From Squalus acanthias (lineage: Eukaryota), in assembly GCA_030390025.1 (NCBI GenBank), contig CM059432.1:88910001-88974000 (forward strand): a stretch of 64,000 nt of DNA. Reading direction: 5' to 3'. The notes below the pieces were generated by a model, which was not told the DNA's origin, made no database searches, and saw nothing but the letters and a program-made list of their open reading frames with translations. Positions 1 through 8,697 of the stretch are shown one piece after another (positions within the stretch are counted from its first letter, which is position 1; every line of letters starts with the position of its first letter). Made by a program: the position numbers and the translations under genes.

Positions 1-29
1 CGCACACACCGGCAACTGTAGGTTCTGTC

Positions 30-587
30 ATGGAAAGGATGGCAACCGCCATGGAGGACATAAATCGCCAGACTCAGGAGAACATGGTAACACTTCTAAA
101 TAGATGGTCATCTATGGAGGATAGATGTGCATCTATTGAGGAGAGAAACCAAAGGTTCATGGACGTCCTTGTTATGAGGAATGTCAGTATAGACATGGGT
201 CCTCATGGCTCCACTGATGTGCAGCAAGGTGCTCTCCAGCTACTTGCTAGCAGAGAAGTGCGGGTGGCCCATGAGAGGGATGATGGTGGGAGGGGACATG
301 GAAGTGGGCGCTCCTCTTCAAGTGTTCCAACTTCCATCCCCTTGCCAACCCGTCGGTCAGAGCCCCAGATGCCTCCCCGAACAGTGATGGCTGAGTCTGC
401 CCCTGCACAGCCGCAGGAGGAGCAGACTTTGGCGGGGCCCTCAAAGGCTCCAAAACCCAGAGGACGACCGCCAAAGGTGTCTAAGCAGGCGCAGCAGGGA
501 AGAGAGCAGGCTGCCTCTACATCTGGTGAAGCCACAGTTGTATCACCACGTAGAAGCACGCGTAAAAGAAAGCTCCCACAGAAATAG
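30..587 (+). pseudogene. Last exon of Harbinger Myb/SANT partner protein (low-complexity, basic C-terminus)
   Basis: Near-identical protein to ORF 16043-16834(-), which links to a SANT-domain exon at 18451-18689. Basic tail RRSTRKRK. Confidence 0.7.
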
Positions 588-877
588 TCACAAGGGTAGT
601 CACTTGGGTGATTTGCTATAAATGAATGTTAAGTTTCTGTTCTTTTATTTTGTTGTAATAAAGCAATGTTTTCTGAATGTTTGAATTTGTTCCTATACGT
701 GTGGTCACAAATTGAAGTGGCACAGACAAGGGTAAGGGTGCCTTTATTGTCCAGCAATAGTGGTGACAGTGCAAGGATTGAACAGTTCATTGTAGAGATG
801 CTCTATGGTGTTGAAGTGGGGTCATGCCAACCTTCATGTGCATGTGGCAGCCACGTATCTGTGCTGCATAAAGTTAC

Positions 878-1321
878 GTGAATCTAGCATTGATTAGGCC
901 ATCCCTGGCATCACGGGAAGCAAGGTGCTCGCGTACTGGTCACGTTAGGTCAGCTGCCTCCTCCAGGTCTTCCTCTTGCTGGACCTCATTCTGCTCCTCC
1001 TCCTCCTCGTCTGAAGAGGCTGTGCGCTCAGCGCTTTATTCCTCATGCAGCGTTAATCCGCGCTGCAGTGCGATGTTGTGCAAGGCACAGCAGACAACTA
1101 CAATTCTCGAGACCCTGGCTGGTGCATACTGAAGGACTCCACCAGATCTGTCCAGGCATCTGAAGCGTACTTTGAGCAACCCTATTGTTTGCTCTAAGAG
1201 ACTTCTGGTGGAAATGTGACTTTGATTGTAGTGCTCCTCAGACTTGTTTGATGGCCACATCTTCAGAGGATAGCGTTTGTCTTCAAGGAGCTAGCTGGAA
1301 AGTTCGTTTGGCAGTTCCCAT
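878..1321 (-). pseudogene. HARBI1-like DDE transposase, internally deleted (C-terminal part only)
   Basis: YNQSHISTRSLLEQTIGLLKVRFRCLDRSGGVLQY...CCALHN matches the C-terminus of the intact transposase at 5827-6987. Confidence 0.85.
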
Positions 1322-1867
1322 TTTGCTGTTATATATGGCGGTTGAGGATGAGATGGTAGAAGCAATCAGTCAATGGGGAGAGAGGTTATTCCAAGGAGGT
1401 GACAGTGCAGAAAGAGTTTACAACACACACTTACAGCCTCAATACAGATCAAATGTGTCTTCCCAAACCTGAGATCAGCAACTTCTGACATTGCAAACTG
1501 AACAGATATGAAAGGTTAGATTTTATACTGCAGTTGCAGCTGTGAACTATTGAGCTCGATTGAACTCCCGACGTACTTACCTGACGTGATCTTCGAACAA
1601 CGTGAACCCCGTTGAAAATGTGGGAAAATACAAAAAGGCTGGCAAAATAGTCTTTAACAAGCAGTTAAAAAGCAGTTAAGTATCTTAAATGCCTCCCCCG
1701 CCGCTTGGTGTTGGGTCTGTTCTGAAATCGCAGACCCGACACTTTGGAAACTTACATGGAGGCGGGTTCGCAGCGGGTTCCCAACCCGTTGTCAATCATT
1801 GCAATTTTGACAGCGGGCCCACCTCTGAACCCGCCCTCTGAGCTCCGGCAAAATCACGGCCATATTC

Positions 1868-1940
1868 TAGACTAACATTTCAGTGCAGTACTGAGGGAGT
1901 ACTGCATTGTCAGAGGGTGCTATTTTTTGAATGAGATGTT
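1868..1940 (+). mobile_element. tRNA-SINE body (Deu/SacSINE-like), left half
   Basis: CAGTGCAGTACTGAGGGAGT-CTGCATTGTCAGAGG core, also seen inverted at about 24720-24770. Continues at about 8305. Confidence 0.65.
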
Positions 1941-3307
1941 GGGCTGTATCTTGCTGGAAATATAATGGTGTGGTAATGATGCAAGCCATTATTAACGTGA
2001 AAATCGGCCACCAAATTCAAGGGATTCAGAGATAGGCATGAGTTGCGAATCTCCAGAACTTGCTGGTAGATTTATACTGCTCCACCACTTGCTTACACAA
2101 ACGGCATCTCACCCTTAACCTTCCCATTATTTTTAAGAACTTGCTGGATTTGCACATTAATTGACCATTAAACTCGCCACAGAAAGTTAAATCTGGTAAT
2201 TAATAGCATAAGTACCCTTTTAATGACATGATAATTGTTAATGCAATGCCAATCAACCTCTCTTGCCCAGAAAGTGAACAATTTAAACAGTTTAATCATA
2301 TTCCTGCATGTAGTAAATTGTTGGAGATTTAAAAAATGTGAAATTTTTAATTTTTTTCTTATTTTGCTTTCTGCTGCTTTTTCTCTGTCTCTCTTAATCC
2401 AATCTTTCTTTCCCTATCTTTATTTCTTTTCTGTACCTGATTTGACTCTAATTCACCTTCCTTCTCTATTGTTCCTCTGTTTCTTGCTCAATCCTTAAGT
2501 CATTTTCGGGTTGACAGGCTGTAACTAGTGGGGTACCGCAAGGATCAGTGCTTGGGCTTCAGCTATTCACAATCTATATCAATGATTTGGATCAGGGGAC
2601 CAAATGTAATATGTCCAAGTTTGCTGATGATACAAAGCTGGGTGGGAATGTAAGTTGTGAGGAGGATGCAAGGAGGCTTCAAGGGGATATAGACAAGCTA
2701 AGTGAGCGGGCAAGAACATGGCAAATGGAATATAATGTGGAGAAATGTGAAGGTATCCACTTTGGTAGGAAAAATAGAAAAGCAGAGTATTTTTTAACTG
2801 GTGAGAGATTGGGAAATGTTGGTGTTCAGAGGGACCTGGGTGTCCTTGTACACGAATCACTGAAAGCTAACATGCAGGTACAGCAAGCTGTTAGGAAAGC
2901 AAATGGTATGTTGATCTTTATTACAAGAGCATTTGAGTATAAGAGTAAAGGGGGTAGAAATTAGGTCGCGCCCCATTTGGGGCGCAAATATCGTCCGCGC
3001 GCAAATATTAGCGCCTGGCGCTAATTATCGGCACTGACAGGAAACTTCACTTTTACCGCCCCGGGAGGTGAGTGGAGCGCTAAATTAGGCGCTGCACACC
3101 TCTCTTAAGGCGCAAAGGCCTAGGAGTGAGGCGCTAACTCAGCGCACGAGCGCAGCGCAGCTGCTGCCAGTTAGCGCGGTAACACAGACACACTGGCGCC
3201 GGACACTTCTTAAAGCGGGGGGGGCCACTTGCTCCCCAGCCACACCCTGCTCATTGCAGCCTTGAATCTCAGCCTGGAGAGACCTGTAATCCATTTTGCT
3301 GCCAAGA

Positions 3308-5532
3308 ATGGAGAGGGTGAGAGAACGCGCTCATCGCTTCACCGAGCGGGCCTTGGATGCTCTGGTTGACGCAGTGGAGCGCAGACGATGCATGCTGTTC
3401 CCAGAGAGTGGCAGGAGGCCTTTGCCACGCGAGTTCAGAAGAGTGTGGAGGGAGGTGGCTCAGAGCGTCTCCTCCAGGAGCATGGTGCCCAGGACCCATG
3501 TCCAGTGCCGCAAAAAGTTCAACGACCTCACTCGGGTCGTCAGGGTGAGTGGCTTTTTCTCAATACCTCTCCATCCCTCCATCTCAACCTCACTCTATGG
3601 CCAGAGGGTCTTAAAACCCCAATGCACAACACTCATCCAACACCTATGGCCCTTTCATCAAACACACACACACATTCCACACTTTGCATACAGTAAGGGC
3701 TATTCACCTATGGGAGGCACATCAGGCAAGACCATGGCTGCATATTGTAAGGGCTATTCACCTATGGGAGGCACATCAGGCAAGACCATGGCTGCATATT
3801 GTAAGGGCTATTCACCTATGGGAGGCACATCAGGCAAGACCATGGCTGTATATTGACTCAGATGCTGTCCTTTTTCTTGCAGGCTAAGCTGGCTCATAAT
3901 CGGAGACAGCAGCAACGGACGGGTGGAGGGCGGCTTCAGCTGCAACCCCTCAGCGATCTGGAGGAGCGCGTCCACAGGATTGTGGCAAGCCGGGTGATCG
4001 GTCCCGTCGCCACTGGAGACGCCGACCCCGTTGTGGACAGCAATGGTAAGGTCATCACCTTTTTGTCCTCTGTCCTTCCACTTGTCCCTCACAATACCAG
4101 CCTTTGACACTTTCAATCCAACTTGCTAACTCGCTGCACTTATTCCTCCCTTACTGCCACCCTGTCCTCACGCTAAAGCCACTCTTGTACCTCCCTGCTT
4201 TCAGATGGTGATTCACCAGCTGAGGAGATGGTCCCTGAAGCTGCCACTGGGAGTGATGCTGCAGCTGAGGAGGAAGAGGAAGCCGGAGCATCAGTGCCAC
4301 CCTCTCCCGAGGAAGCCCATGGCCACACTGGGAACACGCCTTCCCCGGAGGGGAGCAGGGGGGAAGGGGCTGATGATGGTGAAGTTCCAGGACCCAGCGG
4401 GCTGCAGCAACGCCATTGGGGGGGGAGGGAAGAACGGGGGAGCAGGGGGGAAGGGGCTGATGATGGTGAAGTTCCAGGACCCAGCGGGCTGCAGCAACGC
4501 CATGGGGGGGGGAGGGAAGAACGGGGGAGCAGGGGGGAAGGGGCTGATGATGGTGAAGTTCCAGGACCCAGCGGGCTGCAGCAACGCCATGGGGGGGGGA
4601 GGGAAGAACGGGGGAGCAGGGGGGAAGGGGCTGATGATGGTGAAGTTCCAGGACCCAGCGGGCTGCAGCAACGCCATGGGGGGGGGAGGGAAGAACGGGG
4701 GAGCAGGGGGGAAGGGGCTGATGATGGTGAAGTTCCAGGACCCAGCGGGCTGCAGCAACGCCATGGGGGGGGGAGGGAAGAACGGGAGCCTTCTCCCCAG
4801 AGGGAGAGTATGCCAGACACTCCTAATGCAATGGACGCAGAGGAGGAGCGGATGATTGCAGAAATGAACAGCCAGGCGGTGGTCATGCACACTGAGCTCA
4901 TGGGTGCAGTGGGAAGGGTGCCCGAATGCATTGAGGCACTGGCAAGGAGTGTGGAGCACTTCGCTGTAGCACAGGCGGATGCCACACTAAAGCTTACTGC
5001 TGCAATTCAGTCACTGGCTGCCAGGAACCCATCTGAGCCTGCTCTCATGCAGACTCAGATTGAGGCCACGCGAGCACTGACTGCTGCCATCCTCGATGGT
5101 TCGTGCACATGTCTCCGGGGCTGTCACCGCGCCGCAGCAGGCCAGCAATCTGTTCTCAGGCAAATTGCTCCGGATGCTGAAGTGCTGCCCCGTGGGAGTG
5201 CCAGTGTGTCGGGCGAGCAGGGAGTTGCTGTCCTCTCTCACGATGACAGCATTCCTGCTGCCAACACTGTCACTTCTCCACTGCACTTGCCACCGCCTGT
5301 AGGACAGACTGCTGCCGCCCATGCAGAGTTGGTGCAGTCTGCAGCCGGGCCCTCCAGGCCCAGAAGTGGTCGAGGCCGGCCTTCAGGGGCATCTGCAGTG
5401 TCAGGGTCTGACAAGCAGCAGCCTTCCACCAGCCTTGCTGCAGCCACTGAGGTCCCATTACGGAGGAGCAGTAGGGTTAGAAGGGGGGAAGTGCGCAAGG
5501 GAAGGAGATCACCCTCGAAGGGCAAAAAGTAG
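3308..5532 (+). CDS. Harbinger Myb/SANT-like DNA-binding protein; exons 3308-3544, 3883-4045, 4205-5532; about 575 aa
   Basis: SANT motif RFTERALDALV..W.EVA..V..RT..QCRKKFNDL. Canonical GTGAGT/TTGCAG and GTAAGG/TTTCAG splice sites keep the frame open (phase 0, then phase 1). Confidence 0.85.
3693..3854 (+). repeat. 54-bp tandem repeat x3 in Myb intron 1
   Basis: GTAAGGGCTATTCACCTATGGGAGGCACATCAGGCAAGACCATGGCTGCATATT repeated three times. Confidence 0.95.
4351..4785 (+). repeat. 87-bp coding tandem repeat x5 (29 aa, GSRGEGADDGEVPGPSGLQQRHGGGREER)
   Basis: Five near-identical in-frame units at 4351, 4438, 4525, 4612 and 4699. Confidence 0.95.
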
Positions 5533-5826
5533 GAGGTGTGACAAAATGCTGGTCATTTTTTTATTAAAGGCCGAGGTTCATGGCCCAACTTTTGTTTAGT
5601 GTTTTGGACATTATCTCCAGGTTGTGAGAACCAGTTATATTATTGACTGTTTTTTTGTGTTTATTTCTATGAGTTTGTCATGAGGAATTGACACACACAG
5701 AGTTTGTACAATAAATAAGTTTCTGTATTCAAAATATACATGGCTGGTGGTTGGAATTATTGGTGCCTTGGCCGGCTTAGGGGTTGCGTGCTGGGTTGAT
5801 TCGTGTTTGTAGCACTGGCAGGGGCC

Positions 5827-6987
5827 CTAGAAGCGGCTTGCTATTAGTCGTTGACGGACGGCCCTTGCAGTTTGACCATTGTGGGCCGCCCTCCTGCCTT
5901 GGTGCTGCTGCTGATCATCGTCCTCGGCCTGTTCCTCCTCTTCCTCCTCCTCCTCTTGTGGTGCTGCAAGGCCTGGTGGCATTGGCTGCGTCCTGAGGAT
6001 TGCCATGTTGTGCAACATGCAGCACACCACTACGAATTTGGAAACTTGCTCAGGCGAGTACTGCAGGGCTCCTCCGGAATGGTCCAGACAGCGGAATCGT
6101 TGTTTGAGCACGCCGATTGTGCGCTCAATAATGTTCCTCGTTGCTTGTTGGCTTTCCTGGTACCGCAGCTCAGCAGGGGTGTTTGGCGCACGGAGCGGTG
6201 TCATCAGCCAGGTGCTCAATGCGTACCCCTTGTCCCCCAGAAGCCAACCGACTGGCTGATGCGGTGCCTCGAAAATTTCTGCCACAGTACTCTGGCGCAG
6301 GATGAAAGCATCGTGGCAGCTGCCCGGATAGTGGGCATTGACAGCGAGAATCACCTGTCTGTGGTCACAGACCAACTGCACATTCAAGGAATGGAACCCC
6401 TTTCTGTTCCGGAACTCCTCTGCATTCTCTCGCGGAGCACGCAAAGCCACATGCGTGCAGTCAATGGCGCCCTGCACCATGGGGAAGCCCGCTACCCTCG
6501 CAAAGCCCATAGCACGGTCATGCTGCTTGTCTGGGGTCATAGGGAAGGAGATGAAGTCTCGTCTCCTTGTGAAGAGGGCATTGGTGACCTGCCGGATGCA
6601 GCGATGCACCGCAAACTGGGAGATATTGGCGAGGTCCCCAACAGCAGCTTGGAATGAGCCAGTGGCGTAGAAGTTCAAGGCCACTGTGACCTTCACTGCC
6701 ACCGACAGAGACGTCCTGGACCTCAGCTGAGGCTGCAGATCTGGCTGCAGCAGGTGGCAGAGCTCAGTGACCACCTCCTTGCTGAATCGCAGCCTTCGCA
6801 AACACAGCTCCTTGGACATGTGGATGTAGGAGAGCTGTTCACGATATACCCTGGGAGGGTAAGCTCTCCTGTACATGCGCCTGATGGGCCTCCTCCGTCT
6901 GGCCATCATTGCCACTCTCTGTCTGCGTCTCACTCTGCTCCGATTGAGCTGGAGCAGGACGACGCCCCCAATCATTGCAGCCCCCAT
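5827..6987 (-). CDS. HARBI1-like PIF/Harbinger DDE transposase, 386 aa, uninterrupted
   Basis: Catalytic motifs GAIDCTH, LLGDKGY, RNIIERTIG, plus NRKGFHSLNVQ, YPGSCHD and CCMLHN. Confidence 0.95.
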   Translation of the reverse strand: MGAAMIGGVVLLQLNRSRVRRRQRVAMMARRRRPIRRMYRRAYPPRVYREQLSYIHMSKELCLRRLRFSKEVVTELCHLLQPDLQPQLRSRTSLSVAVKVTVALNFYATGSFQAAVGDLANISQFAVHRCIRQVTNALFTRRRDFISFPMTPDKQHDRAMGFARVAGFPMVQGAIDCTHVALRAPRENAEEFRNRKGFHSLNVQLVCDHRQVILAVNAHYPGSCHDAFILRQSTVAEIFEAPHQPVGWLLGDKGYALSTWLMTPLRAPNTPAELRYQESQQATRNIIERTIGVLKQRFRCLDHSGGALQYSPEQVSKFVVVCCMLHNMAILRTQPMPPGLAAPQEEEEEEEEQAEDDDQQQHQGRRAAHNGQTARAVRQRLIASRF

Positions 6988-8304
6988 CTTCTCTTTGCCA
7001 GAAAAGTAATGAGGTACAGCAACGAAAGTAGCAGCAAAGTTAGGATGAACTAGGCAAAACTACCTCACAAAGCGTTGAGTCAATGTAGAAGTCTCTCTCT
7101 CTCTCTCTCCGAATCTCTCTCTCTCTCTCAGAACGAGTGGTGCATAAATGTCGACCACAGAAAAAGACAGGAAGAGGCCCCCTTTAAATAGCGCCCCCCC
7201 CAGCCCCAGACCGATTGATAACGTTCCAGTCTTCCGGTCGTTGGAAGCGCCAGGCGGTAAGGCAGGGGGCGCCACTCAATTTCCGCTCCGGGGCGCCCCA
7301 AGGGCGTTGCACCACGGACTGACGTCACAATCTGCGCGCGCAGGTGGTCGCAGCGGTAAGTTTTAGCGCTGCCGCACAATCTCAAGTTAAGTTCTCGAGC
7401 GGCGCAAACAGCGCTGCGCCCGGGCGTTAGCGCCTTAACGCCCCATTAGCGCCCATTTAAGGCGCTAACGGGAGGCGCAACCAACTGAATTTTTACCCCA
7501 AGATGTCTTACTGCAATTATAGCGGGCCCTGGTGAAACCACACCTGGAGTATTGTGTACAGTTTTGGTCTCCTTACCTAAGGAAGGATATTCTTGCCATA
7601 GAGGGAGTGCAATGAAGGTTCACCAGACTGATTCCTGGGATGGGGGAATTGTCCTATGAGGAGAGATTGAGTAGACTAGGCCTATATTCTCTAAAGTTTA
7701 GAAGAATGAGAGGTGATCTCATTGAAACATACAAAATTCTTACAGGACTTGACAGGGTATATGCAGGGAGGATGTTTTCCCTGACTGGGGAGTCTAGAAC
7801 CAGGGGTCACAGTCTCAGAATAAGGCATTGGCCATTTAGGACTGAGATGAGGAGAAATTTCTTCACTCAAAGGGTGGTGAATCTTTGGAATTCTCTACCC
7901 CAGAGGGCTGTGGAGGCTCAGTCATTGAATATATTCAAGACAGCGATCGATAGATTTTTGGATATTAAGGGAATCAAGGGATATGGGGATAGTGCAGAAA
8001 AGTGGAGTTGAGGTAGAAGATCAGCCATGATCTTATTGAATGGCAGAGCAGGCTCGAGTGGCCAAATGGCCTACTCCTGCTCCTATTTCTTATGTTCTCA
8101 TTGGTTAAGGAGATACACTATTGGTCTTGCCATTCGCTAAGGTCCCAGATGTCCTATTGGCCTTGCCGCGCTGTTATCAGCTCGCACTTCCAACACGTTA
8201 CGGTGCAAAATATTTTTGAGCTAAAGGGTGCAGGAAAAAGTCTAACTAACGCCATACACTGCAAGATGCCCCACTCCAGCAAGATCTGGCATGATGGATC
8301 ACAA

Positions 8305-8423
8305 CTCCACCTGCCTATTCAGGTGGATTTAAAAGATCGTAAAGTAATTCATTAACTGTGAAGTGCTTTGGAACATCCTGAGAATATGAAAACCACTATA
8401 TAAATGAAAGTTCTTTCTTTCTT
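8305..8423 (+). mobile_element. tRNA-SINE right half with L2-type tail
   Basis: CAGGTGGATTTAAAAGATC then GTGAAGTGCTTTGG...CTATATAAATG(AAAG)TTCTTTC, the same tail as the L2 at about 23070-23131. Confidence 0.65.
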
Positions 8424-8435
8424 CAAAATTAATAG

Positions 8436-8677
8436 TGTTGAGGCTGCCGCGAAACACGAATTAAGGCTGAATCCATGTGTGGAAAACAAGAGACTTTTTT
8501 AATACCACTGCATGGCACAAAATGGCTGAACCGACTGCTCCCAGAATTCTCTGGAAAAATCCTGAGGCCCCACCCACTCCTGCCTTAAAGGTAAGGTGCC
8601 TTAAAGGGAAGGTGCATCGATATATTGTCCATGGACGGAAAAGTGGATAATGCCCGTTTAGGTGGCGATCCGCCACA
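8436..8677 (-). repeat. 3' LTR
   Basis: Differs from 12537-12778 at only 2 positions. PPT TCTGGGGGGAGCTG (minus strand) is adjacent at about 8678-8691. Confidence 0.95.
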
Positions 8678-8697
8678 CAGCTCCCCCCAGAATCCAC

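Larger units (their letters stand above)
1..1861 (+). mobile_element. Harbinger DNA transposon, family B, defective; left part lies outside the window
   Basis: Convergent Myb-partner 3' exon (+) and HARBI1-like transposase remnant (-). Ends in TIR-like AAAATCACGGCC. Homologous to the copy at 15567-18941. Confidence 0.8.
2951..7499. mobile_element. Full-length, potentially autonomous PIF/Harbinger transposon (family A)
   Basis: TIR GGGGTAGAAATT / GGGGTAAAAATT; 3-bp TSD AAG (2948-2950 and 7500-7502); two intact convergent genes. Confidence 0.95.
2500..8098 (+). mobile_element. CR1 LINE 3' part, split into 2500-2950 and 7500-8098
   Basis: RT motifs YINDLD, KFADDTK, WQMEYNVEKC. The frame continues across the Harbinger insertion into LGLYSL..RRMRGDLIETYKI. 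CR1-type 3' tail; TCATT at both ends is a possible TSD. Confidence 0.9.
1941..8291. mobile_element. Harbinger-type MITE, split into 1941-2499 and about 8099-8291
   Basis: Left end GGGCTGTATCTTGCTGGA; right end TCCAGCAAGATCTGGC is its imperfect reverse complement. Confidence 0.65.

Noticed and set aside
4173..4985. Long alternative-frame and antisense ORFs over the Myb exon
   Set aside because: By-products of the stop-free GC-rich 87-bp repeat.
5827..6987. Host HARBI1 gene
   Set aside because: It lies within TIRs and a TSD beside its Myb partner, so it is a transposon gene.
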